Below the pieces are notes generated by a model. That model searched no databases. It was not told where the DNA came from and saw only the letters and a list, made by a program, of their open reading frames with translations. Of a stretch of DNA of 64,000 bases, positions 50,016 to 60,816 are shown piece after piece. The position numbers and the translations under genes were made by a program. Within the stretch, counting starts at the first letter, position 1; every line of letters begins with the position of its first letter. Source of the stretch: Psammoneis japonica (Eukaryota); assembly GCA_008632985.1 (NCBI GenBank), contig QPGO01000013.1:124001-188000 (forward strand), in the 5' to 3' direction.

Positions 50016-50522
50016 CTCCAAGCTCTAACACCCCATATAGACTCGTAACCAGAGGATTAAAAAGGATTTAGGCCCATTGAGTGAGTGATACAGAACCATT
50101 TGCATTTAGTGTACTATGTAATATGCCTTATATATTAACCGTCGTGAAAGCGTCCCCGGTGTCACCGACTCTCGCACTTACCAAAGCGCAACGGCACAGT
50201 AAGACTTCCCCATTTCTTTCAGGATCCTCGTATATTCTCGCAAACTTAGGATTCGTTGCAAATTATGGCTTTTTCTGAACCCAGTTTTTAAGTGAGCACC
50301 AGCAGAAACCTTGTTTACATCATACGGACATCATCATGTTTCCTCTTGACGTTCCTCCCATCCTCCGACAGCCTGGCATTCGTCTTCTCCTCTGAGGCAC
50401 TCTCTGAGTTCCTCCTTGCACGATGAAGGACGTCCAATGCCTGAGTAGGAGAGAATATGTTGGAGAGGAGTGAGAGGGCTGAATTCCTGCTACAGCAAGA
50501 AAGATGCATTGAAACTGTTCAC

Positions 50523-51557
50523 CTATAGGCAACTTTTGAAACTTACCGTACGCCCCAAGCCCGGCCTTGCTAGAGGTGGGGGCGCCCTAAGCCCTGCGAC
50601 ACCAATATCTGAAAGCGATATGCGACTAGAGGGCAAGTCAGACACTGGAGCCGAAAGCGCACGTTGGGAGGCGAGGCGAGAAGCGGAGGAAGGGCTCCTT
50701 TCCACAAGAGGATGACCACCGCGACCAACAGCACGTAGTAGCTCTTGTTCGTCAGAATCCAAGAGTGCTGCAGCTCGGCTGGCGTCAGGAGCACGACCAG
50801 CAGCAGATCCCAGACCCAATTGCCGCGCGAGTAAGGCTTGGTTTTGCCGCTGCTGGAGGCGTCCCAGGTCAGCACTTGCAGACGCAAGTGTGGCGGAGGG
50901 AATGGCAGGAATCTGGGCGGCAAGAGTCATGCGAGCGTCCTGGACCTCAAGTAAAGCTCTTAGTCTCTCTTGTTCCCGCAGTGCTGCCAGGGCCGCCGCG
51001 TCTGCTGGAGGAGGCGGGGCTAATAGGGACGCTGCGACTAGCGGGTCGAGTCCAGCAGCAGAAGCAGCAGCCAGAGGGTCTTGGCCAATCGCACCACCAA
51101 GAACGGATGCTGATAGGGCAGGCTGAGGAGATGCCGCAATCAAGGTGGTTAGATGGGAGACCTGAGCCCGTAATTCCTCATTGGCTCGACGGAGACTACG
51201 GTTCGAATCCGAAAGCTGCTTGTTCTTCTCGGTGAGTTCTTCAATCAGTAATCGTTTACGCTTGCGCCTTTCACGAGCGGAAGCTCTGTTCAAAGCGAGA
51301 CGCTTTTCACGTCGGCGTTTTAACGCGAGCTGTTCTTCTTCCGTGAGGGTCTCGTCTTGCTTCTGCTCTTCTTCTTGTTCTTGTTGAAGCACTTCGTCTT
51401 GATTTTCCTCTTGCTCGGACACGCTATCTTCTGCTTCGTGTTCTTTTTCGTGCATCATAAGCTGATCTTCTTTTTCAGGACCTGTGCAAGGTGCCATCGT
51501 GGGCGATTTATCTGAAACAGCAGACTGATTCAAGCTGCTATTGGAACGATCTTCCAT
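50523..51557 (-). CDS. bZIP transcription factor (may continue through a 3' intron near 50546 to ~50315)
   Basis: RREKRLALNRASARERRKRK basic region followed by a Leu heptad zipper; Ala/Leu/Gln-rich C-terminus. Confidence 0.88.
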   Translation of the reverse strand: MEDRSNSSLNQSAVSDKSPTMAPCTGPEKEDQLMMHEKEHEAEDSVSEQEENQDEVLQQEQEEEQKQDETLTEEEQLALKRRREKRLALNRASARERRKRKRLLIEELTEKNKQLSDSNRSLRRANEELRAQVSHLTTLIAASPQPALSASVLGGAIGQDPLAAASAAGLDPLVAASLLAPPPPADAAALAALREQERLRALLEVQDARMTLAAQIPAIPSATLASASADLGRLQQRQNQALLARQLGLGSAAGRAPDASRAAALLDSDEQELLRAVGRGGHPLVERSPSSASRLASQRALSAPVSDLPSSRISLSDIGVAGLRAPPPLARPGLGRTVSFKSCL

Positions 51558-53299
51558 TACGGGTTCGTCGGAAGAGAAGGTATCTTTGTCTGATCAGCGT
51601 CCGCTTCGACCTTTTTCATATGATAAGTCCCCTACAGTTTCTCGTTGATAGGTATGTAAACCGTACACCGATTTCGTCACCACTGCGTGCTGAGCTAGAC
51701 TTACGATACAACGATGCAAGATCACTGATCACTGATGCGTAACACCCCTCAACAAAAAGAGATGATGACAATGAATGGGATGAAACTCGCGTCTCTTGTG
51801 GCGTCGTCAGGAAAGAGGCATAGCGGGTCGAATGAAGTCACTTCACCGCAGTGACGACGCGAAGAAAAAAGGCCTTTCTTTGTAGAACCTGGTACGAATT
51901 CTACGTGGAGCTGCGGAAAATTACGTTCGTGACAACGAAACGGGTGATTGGGTGGACAGCAGAAACCCGGAAAGGTGAACCGTAAGTACGCATAATTGAC
52001 TTGATTAAGTGATAGTTTTACTATCGTTAAAAGTGAATGACCGACTTTGCTTCACTTAAGACACGAATGGATGAACGTTATTTCTCCAGCGGTTCCAACT
52101 GTTCCAACTGTTCCAAACTGTTCCTTTAGCGATTTCACGATTAGATTTCACAAAATGCTTTCTCCGGAAATGTAGCTCGACAAAAGACATATTCTTTATA
52201 CGCGCTCTTCCCGTAAACGTGACACGTACGAATGAGGTGAAATGGACAAATTCGTTTTGAGCGCATTCATCATCTTACAAACCATTCAGTTCAACTTTGA
52301 TCGTCGCGAACCGATGACCACCACCCATCGTACGCATTGAAGTGCGACACTGCGACATCATGCCGCCACAGGGAAGCTTCACGTCACGTCACGCCTCCAC
52401 GCTGCGACACCGGTACTTAAACGCTGTAGAAAGCAAGACGTGGCATTTCGTTTTCGTCAGCATGTCGTCACACGCCACACGTCATCATTGCTTGGTACCT
52501 TCTTTCACTCCCGCCCCACTTCACGGCCGGGCAGCATGGATGCACGCAATTTGGTGACAGCAGCTCACATTCTCACAGCAATTTGAGCACATGCTTCTCA
52601 GGAGACCCAGCTGTCCTGCTGCCCTTCTGGCCTGTTCCAGCCCCAGGCAACCGCAACCCATCAAGCGAGATTTTTTGTGCGCAGCTTTTGGCATCGACAA
52701 TTTTGTCTCTGTCCAGCAGAGCTTGGCTTTTGTGGCAAACATCAAATGCCTTGATGATGTGATGCATTTGTGACAACAACGCATGTCTCCAACAACCAAG
52801 GTGCACATTTCATCACAGGAAGAGCACAGTGTCAGTTGGCGTTTCACGTTGTTTTGCAAACGCGTTGACCAGTGCTGACTCCTGCACGCGTGTGTGCCAC
52901 CCACATCAAAAACACACAATGTCAGCCACAGTGCAGCACACTGCTGTTGCCGCTCTGCCACCCCCTTTTCACCATTGCAGTTGCATGGAACCATCTGCTC
53001 TTTTCATTTGAAAGTTGCGCTGTTGTTGTCACAATGCAGCTGCGGCTCTGTGCAACCTCTTTTGTTGTTGCAGATGGCACCACTTCTTTTTGCACTCTCT
53101 TGTGTGGAGTTCAGCAAGTTGATTTTGTGTGTTGTGGTTCACACAAGACACTGCACATGTGCTTTTTCTGGTTGCCTCCAATGTCTTGTGTTTTGTTTGC
53201 TTTGCAGAGTTTCTGCAAAACTCGCATTTTTGTCCCAACGATTTTCAAATGACAGGCGCCACCATCTTGAACTTGTTTTTGTTTGTTTGCACTGTGACA

Positions 53300-54530
53300 C
53301 TTGCTGTTTGGTGCTGCCAAGCATCTGGAACTGCCTTGGAGGCTGTTTCTGTGCATCTGCATCACTTTTGCGGCACAGCTGATGTTGCCCCCCTCTCTGG
53401 AGTGCATTTGTTGCACAAACAGAAGTTCAAAAGCAGTGCAATCAAAATGGACAAGTCAGCCAAAGCAGCCACCAAGAAACATCTGGGGCTGGCAAATTCT
53501 TCCATTGGCGGCAGTGGCATTGCCCCAAGCAAACAATTCTTCAAGCCAGCCAAAGATGTCTTTTTGCATTGAGAGCTTCATTGACTCGTTGGAGAGGCAC
53601 ATTGCCAACCGGCGAGTTGGCACCATCAACCTCTCCAAACTTTGGTTGATCCCAAGATGTGCCCACAAGGTCTTGTGGAATTGAGCCTCTTGACCATCGA
53701 AGATCATGAGACCCAGAAGACCAGCCCTCTCTCTCTTTCAGGTTCTCATCACAGGAATGGTGTTGATGGGTTCAACATTGCCAAAGCATGAGTCCTGTTC
53801 CATGACACTGTTGTTGGTTGGTTTCATCAAGAATTTGCCAACAAGAATCAACTGCCAACAAAAGCATTTCTCAAGGAGAAGCATGACAACATGTTCATTT
53901 GTTGCGCAAGTGGAAGTGCAGCTTGCTGTTTGGCGCTGTCGAGCATCTGGACCTGCCTTGGAGGCTGCCTCTGTTCATCTGCATCACTTTCATGGCAGCT
54001 GATGTTGGCCCCCTCTCTGGAGTGCATTTAAACCACAAACAGAAGTTTGAAAGCAATGCAATCAAAATGGACAAGTTGGCCAAAGCAGCCAGTGAGAAAT
54101 GTCTGGGGCTGGCAGATTCTTCCGTTTGGTGGCAGTGCCCCTCAAGCAAACATTTCTTCAAGCCAGTTGAAGGTGTTCTTTTGCATTGAGAGTTTCTCGT
54201 TGACTCACTGGGAGCACATTGACCACCGGCAGGTTGCTCCAAAACTTGGTGCCATGAGCCTCTCCAAACTTAAGTTGACCCCAAGACGTGCCCACAAGGT
54301 CTTGTGGAGTTGAGCCTCTTGACCATGGAAGATCACAAGACCCAGAAGACCAGCCCTCTCTTTCATGTTCTTCATCATCACAGGAATGGCGTTGACGGGT
54401 TCAACAGTGCCAAAGCATGAGCCCTGTTCTATGACATTGTTGTCAATTGGTTTTGTCAAGAATTTGACAGCAAGATTTGACCGTGAATGCCCGCAAAAGC
54501 CTTTCTTGAGGAGAAGCGTGACAACATGTT
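53300..54530. repeat. Tandem duplication, ~620-bp unit, of a formerly coding segment
   Basis: CTTGCTGTTTGG..CCCTCTCTGGAGTGCATTT..GCCCACAAGGTCTTGTGGA..GACAACATGTT at ~53300 and ~53922. Confidence 0.9.
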
Positions 54531-55053
54531 GATGTTGGTTGCATTCCATCAGGAACATTGAGAAACACATTGCTGCTGTTTAGATGTGCTAGGTCAAGAA
54601 AGGAGTTGGTGTGCTTGTTGATTGCATCTGAGTGAACTGCTCTGGGTGATGAGAGAGGTGACAAGAGAAAGACCATCTCACACCACAGCATTTGTTTTTT
54701 TCTGTCAGATGTTGCAAGTTCACTTCCCCAATGGCCCAAGAAAAAAGGGCTGTTTCAAGGAGCCGCTGGCTCACCTTGCTGATTGGTGCAAGGCAGCTTG
54801 CCAACTGCAATGGCGCTTGTTTTGCAGAAGAATGCATCGCCATCATTGCTTGGCTCATGCCAAGATGGCAAAGGAAATTCTTGAGGGTGATGAGAATGAA
54901 ATGCAAGAGGCACATGAGGGCACCAAAAGCTTGCAACTGTGAGATGGAAACAAAGAGGAGGAGGATCAAGGGCAAGAGGCATGGATGTCTCAGCTGAGGA
55001 AGAGGAGGAAGACACAGAAGAGGAAGAGCAGGAGCAGGGGGGGGGGGGGGCGT

Positions 55054-55575
55054 GAAGAATGCAGAAGACTTGGCACTTGGAGACATGAAGGCAGAGAAGG
55101 AGAGGGCAGGAGACAGGCATTGCAAATGCTGGATGGAGCTCATGAAAGCCACAACTGGAGTGAAAAATGATGACGATCTCATTGGCCTTTGCGGCTTCAA
55201 GCCAAAATCAGGAGCGCCAGGAGCACCTGTGTTTCATTGGTTCTTGAGCAAAGGCAAGTGCCACCAACAAGAAAGCGCGATGACAGAGCAAACGTGTGAC
55301 AAAGTTCATGGAGCAGGGGAAGCTGCTGAAGAATGCAGAAGACTTGGCACTTGGAGACATGAAGGCAGAGAAGGAGAGGGCAGGAGACAGGAGACAGGCA
55401 TTGCAAGTGCCAGATGGAGCTCATGAAAGCCACAACTGGAGTGAAAAAGATGACAATCTCATTGGCCTTTGCAGCTTCAAGCCAAAACCAGGAGCACCAG
55501 GAGCACCTGTGTTTCATTGGCTCTTGAGCAAAGACAAGTGCCACCAACAAGAAAGCGTGATGACAGAGCAAATGT
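55054..55575. repeat. Tandem duplication, ~275-bp unit
   Basis: GAAGAATGCAGAAGACTTGGCACTTGGAGACATGAAGGC...CCACCAACAAGAAAGCG at 55054 and 55328. Confidence 0.9.
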
Positions 55576-56159
55576 GCAACAATGCTTGAGTCATGTTGCA
55601 GGTTAAAAAATTTGTTTTGATTGACCCCAGTTCATGAAGCAGGAGAGAAGCTGCTGCAGCCAGGCAATTCTGCAGGAGCTGTTCCTCACTTGTTTGGCTG
55701 CATTGCTGAAGAGAATGAGGGCATTGTGTTGTGTGAAGAATGGTTTGTCCAAAGGGCCAATGCATTGAATGGCCATCCCATGGAAACATGTGTGGGCCTC
55801 ATCAAATGTGCTGAACACAAACCCAACATTGCCTGGAAATTAAATCAAAGATGATGCATCAACAAGATTGAGCACAAGGTGCATGTGATTTGCAGCAGTG
55901 CACCGCAGATTGCAAGACTCAAGAGATTGAGTCAGGAGGTGATGCAAAAGCTTCCACATCTTGTGCGGGGTGCTGATTTTGTTGGTTGCACCCAGCAGGG
56001 CAACCGTCCAATGTGTGTGACACAAGATTGAGCTGAGTGCAATTTCCAGGTGTGGTTTCCAGAAGTTTGGAAAGATTTGAAAGATTGGAAGCCAGGGGAG
56101 GGTTTCTGCATCTTGCTGGAAGGAAACGTGTTGATGCCATTGGATGCCAACTTGCTGAC

Positions 56160-56620
56160 AAGCAGCCTGCCTGTGAAATTCTTGCAAGGACACAACAACA
56201 CTTGCTTGTTTTGTCCCTGACCTGTGTTCTTCATTGTGCTTTGTGCTGGTGACCTGGAAATGAGAGATTGCATTCCATCTCATGTTGAAACATCTGCCAA
56301 CCATGCCAACACCAATGACAATTGCATGTTGTTTGAAAAGCACATGCTGAGCCACTGTTTGAAGGGAAAGTTCCCATCAACAAACTCAAACATGAAGTTT
56401 TGCTGCAGTTTGGATCAAACCATTTTCTTGGAAGCAGGTGGTGAATTTGATGTGTGACAACCTGCAATGATGGCTGCACAACTTTGTGCCATCTGGTGAA
56501 CAACCACTGCATTGCCTTGCACCATGGATCTTTGACTCCAATCACAGTTTTGCATTGCCAGCAAAGGAGGACATCAAGTGCTTGAAACGGTGTCTTGGAA
56601 ACAAGGAACATGATGTGAAA
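56160..56620 (+). pseudogene. Decayed ORF with a papain/C39-like peptidase pattern
   Basis: VKFLQGHNNTCL (~56173-56208), NHCIAL (~56502), WIFDSN (~56525): Q..C / H / D order typical of papain-fold proteases; family uncertain. Confidence 0.4.
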
Positions 56621-56999
56621 CATGTGGCAAAAAAGGTCTGAAAACAAGTGGCCATGGTGTGCCAGTTTGAACTTCCAAGGGTGGTGGCACAGCAGGCAAA
56701 TGGCAAAAGGAAAGATCTTGTGTTGGGTGGTTCATCTGGTTGCATGATGCAAAGTGACAATCACAGTGTTTGTTCATTTTCCCACTGCCATTTCATTCCT
56801 CAGACTCATCACTTTCACTGTCCCCTCCTGCACTCTCCTCCTCCTCCTTGCAGTCCACTGCTGTGCTGTTCTCCTCCTCATCATTGTCACTCTCTTCCTC
56901 CCAACTCATCAGCTTCGCTGTTGTCGTCCTCCTCCAAACATTCCTCAAAATGATTCATTGACTCATGCTGGTGAATCGCACCAAGAATGGCTTTGTGCT

Positions 57000-59480
57000 C
57001 ATCCTCACTCAAATTGCGTGGAATGAGAAGTGAAGCCTCATTCCTGTTGCATGTCCTTGGCAGCTGCAGAGAGGCTGATGGTTCATTCAGCTCGGTGTTT
57101 GCAGCTGCACTTTGCTTGAGCAACACTCTTGTCTGACATTCCTCAGTGTCAGCAGGAGTGCACCATCCTCTGGCCCATGGAGCACAGTTTGCAAGCATTC
57201 CCTTGCAAACCCACTCACTGGCCTCAACAGGTGTGGGTGGATCAAACTTGTTCCACACCACATCTTCGCATGCTTTGTGGGGCAGTTCATCCCATTGCAG
57301 CAGATGGAAGCTCTCATCAGATTCACAAGACAAAATGTGGCACAGCTGTTCATGACAATTTCCTTTGCCATTTCCTCAGTCAATTTGTCCAACACAGGTT
57401 TGTGGGCCAACTGCATCTTGTCAGCATCACTCTGAGTTGTTGGAAGCACCTGACAAACTTGCCAATCATTCAGTCCCTCAAATTGGGCCACAGTTTGCAA
57501 GCTTGGTTGCCACCTGCATGTCGAGGCCACTCAGCTGGCTTGACATTGTTCACCCAAGGTCAATTCAGCTGATCCAGGCAGCCTTCACAAGGGCAAGGAA
57601 TTGGTTGAATGGCAACCCAAACAATGGGAAAAAGAGAATCAAATCAAAAATGGCACATGGCGCCAATGCCACAATGGTGCATGCAAACTTGCACCAATCC
57701 AGTCAACTTGACTTCAGCTGAAGAGCCAAGAACTTCATCAGCTTCTTGCAGAAAATGTGCCCTTTCTTTCAACTTTTGAAGGGACTCCCTCAAAGCATGT
57801 TTCCTGTCACCAACTTTGCCACACTGGCACATTTTTTCATTTTGAGAAATTTGAAACATTCCTGAGTGCAGCTGTGCTCTGCTGCAACATTGTTGTCATC
57901 CATGGCCAGAGCATCAGCTCCAATTTTGCTGTCCTCATCATTGACTCCTGCAACAGTTGCAGACTGCATTGCTCAACACACAAGTGATTCAACACAGGCT
58001 CCAATTCCATCGACCTCTCCTTTGTCATGTCCAGGTCAGGGGACATCTTTGGAAGTGAGATCATCGAAGGCGGTCTGATCACCAGTGCATTTGGGGACTT
58101 TCCCAGTGCGGTTTGCACACAAAAGAAAACATGCAGGATCTGTCCAGAGGTCCCAAATGCCCAACTGCACTGACTGACAGACTGTTTTGGTGCAAATTCT
58201 GTGCAACTTTCTTTGACAGTCTCACTTCCAAAGACGTCCCCCAAGGTGCTCCAATGGCGCGGTCCAATGCAACGTTGCATTTGTGGGCAAACACTGACAA
58301 CAAGTGCAGTGCCGAAGGGCATCAATGCTGTTTGGCACAACCATTGCTCTGTGCAATCCCAAATTGCAAGCCACACCTGACACAGTCCATGGTTCTTTAA
58401 CTGTGCGACAAAGTTTTCCAAGTGAGTGTGGGTGGTGGTGGCGGCATCTTGCTCAGAAGAGTCAAAGAGATGTGCCTGATGTGTTTTTTCAGCCTCATTG
58501 TCAACCATCACATTGCAAACTCTTCTTTCAATGGACAATGTTTTGTTGTTGCCACAATGATCCCCATGAATTTGGTTGTTAAACTTGGCTGCTGGAATGC
58601 CAGAGCAGTCATGAAATGTGAAAATGCTGTTGGGCATTGACTCAAATGCTTTGCAACACATTTCCATGCAATGATTTTTCCCAAGAATGGCCACCTGGGG
58701 AAGGTGGCAATGCAGCTTCTTTGCACTTGGAATGCAGCGTTCTTTTGCAAAAAGTCCAACTGTTTTGTGGAACCTTGTCAACAAGATCTTTCATTTGACC
58801 TTTGCATCCTTGTTCCCACCTGGATCTGCCTCACAAACAGGACATGCTTCCATGAACATGTCATGCTTGAGGCACCTTTTTGCAGTCAAATGCCATTGAA
58901 ACAAAACTTGGAGCACACTGGAACTTTCACTCTGTTCCAACAATGGAGTTGGGTGGGATGCCATGCTTGCATTCACCCAAAACATGTTTCCAATGAGGGT
59001 GGTCATGACCATTGACATTGCCACAAATGATGGTTGCAGCTGCATCTCAAGCTTCAGGATGAAGGTGATTGGAGTTGGAGCCAAACGTTTCCTCTTGATG
59101 ATGGCACATTGTCCTCTCCAATTTGCGTGCAGTGCTGTCATGGTTCTCTTGTTCACTTTTTTCCCCTTCATCTTCAACAAGAATCATGTCTCTTGAGTTG
59201 GGATGCTGTGCCATGTCTGGGATGATTTGACAACCAGCGCACATCAGCTTTGCTGATCTCAGGGGAAACTTTGTGAGGGTGCTGATGGGGCTGTGCACTG
59301 AAGACCACATGACATTGCCTTTGATCACAATCAAAGCCACTCTGGCCGTCTTTCCCTGCCTCGTCATTTGGTGACAAACAGCCCCTGGATTCAGGCTGCT
59401 GGGTGCATTGGCGCAGTCCTTGGACAACAACCCAGGCTCATCAGCAGGTTTTTCCAGAGAACTGGAGACTCCAGCCGCCA
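57000..59480 (-). mobile_element. Fossil DDE/D-type transposase gene (possibly Sola-like), interrupted by a MITE; ends approximate
   Basis: FHDCS..AAKFNNQIHGDHCG..TLSIE, DSSEQDAATT, SNGCAKQH*C..ALHLLS...LDRAIGAP|GHDKGEVDGIGA, IPCPCEGC, FEGLNDW. Confidence 0.65.
58037..58243. mobile_element. 207-bp MITE with ~22-bp TIRs and 4-bp TSD AGGT
   Basis: GGGGACATCTTTGGAAGTGAGA ... TCTCACTTCCAAAGACGTCCCC; AGGT at 58033-58036 and 58244-58247; removing it restores GAP-GHxKG. Confidence 0.88.
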
Positions 59481-59894
59481 CTGAATGGACAAAAAGATTG
59501 TCGTCAAAGCAGCACTGACCATTGCTTTTGTCATTGGCATGTGGCTGCCTGCATTTTGCCCAGCTGCTGGGTTGTTTGCAAGGCAGCAGACTTTGCTTTT
59601 GGCAACGTCAAGTCACAAGTCTCAACATGAGCCAACTCAGGAAAATGCAAAGTGCGCACAAAGGCAGTGGCTTGTTGCTCTTGAATGGCAGTGCAAGACA
59701 AAACTCTTTGTCTTGTTTCAGCCGCTGCATGACAAAGTGCTTGTTGGGGATTTTCGTGGGTTGCATCAAAGGCGCGAGGGGATCAACAATGGGGCACTCT
59801 CAAAATTGAAGGAGCTTGTTGTGCTGAGTGCAAAAATGGGCCAGCAATGGGTTGCGCACCTCTGTTGACACCTGCTGGAGCTGGGGCAGGCCTT

Positions 59895-60110
59895 CTGTTG
59901 GTCATGTGGCCACAATTGACCCAGGGCAGGACAAAAAGCCAAGCGTGCTTTGTGGCCAGACAGCCACCAAGAGATGTTCAGTGTGGCTGGCTCCTTTTGC
60001 GCATCGAGCCGCACACTCTGTTGGTCGTGTGGCTGCATTGACCCAAGGCAGGATGAGTGGTCAAGTGTGCTTTGTGGCCAGGTGGTTGCCAAGAGATTTT
60101 CAGGGCAGCT
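59895..60110. repeat. Degenerate tandem duplication (~125-bp period)
   Basis: CTGTTGGTC.TGTGGC..ATTGACCCA.GGCAGGA..GTGCTTTGTGGCCAG..CCAAGAGAT occurs twice. Confidence 0.75.
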
Positions 60111-60185
60111 TGCTCCTCTTGCACATCAAGCTGCACACAGTGGCAAGCAGCTGCTTTTTCACAAAGAACAACAAATTCTCTTGTG

Positions 60186-60189
60186 CACG

Positions 60190-60231
<42 letters not shown>

Positions 60232-60333
60232 ACCACACACACCACACACACCCCCCACACCACACACCACACCACACACCACCCCCCCCACCACACACCC
60301 ACACCACACACACCACCACACCACACCACACAC
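60186..60333 (+). repeat. (CA)n microsatellite grading into CACCA repeats
   Basis: Read directly from the sequence. Confidence 0.95.
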
Positions 60334-60556
60334 TGTTTGCTCCAACAAGAGCCAACAAGAGCTTGCAGAAGATGCCATCTTGTCTGCAAAAAAGGAGAGA
60401 TGTGTGGAGTGCATGGGCAGACATGCGCATCACCACTCTGATGCAGCACAGCCCTGGTTCAATCCCGTGCCTTCTTTGCAGAAGCTTGGGCTTTCAAACA
60501 CTGCCTTTTTGACAGAGGCCTTGGATGCAGACATGAGCAAGTGCCAGCGCCATGAT

Positions 60557-60816
60557 GGCCTGTTCCAGCTCCAGGTGCTCCGTGCGGGCTCGATTCCCAT
60601 CATTTGGAAATTTGTGAATTTGGCGCAATTGACTTTTTCCAAATCCGTTTTTTGCCAAATCGAAGGGCAAGTGTGCACTTCACATGCATTTTCGGGTGTG
60701 CACTCACCTTTCGATTTTCGAAACGATCAAAATTGAAGGAGTCAATTGCACCAAACTGCGCAGAAAATCGGCCTCTTGCGTGATGAAAAGCAGAGCACCT
60801 GGAGCTGGAACAGGCC
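60557..60816. mobile_element. 260-bp MITE with perfect 24-bp TIRs and 4-bp TSD TGAT
   Basis: GGCCTGTTCCAGCTCCAGGTGCTC / GAGCACCTGGAGCTGGAACAGGCC; TGAT at 60553-60556 and 60817-60820; inner inverted pair TTTGGCGCAATTGACT/AGTCAATTGCACCAAA. Confidence 0.88.

Noticed and set aside
55054..55575. Possible CRISPR array or LTR pair
   Set aside because: Only two long adjacent copies with no spacers and no internal gag/pol; a simple tandem duplication.
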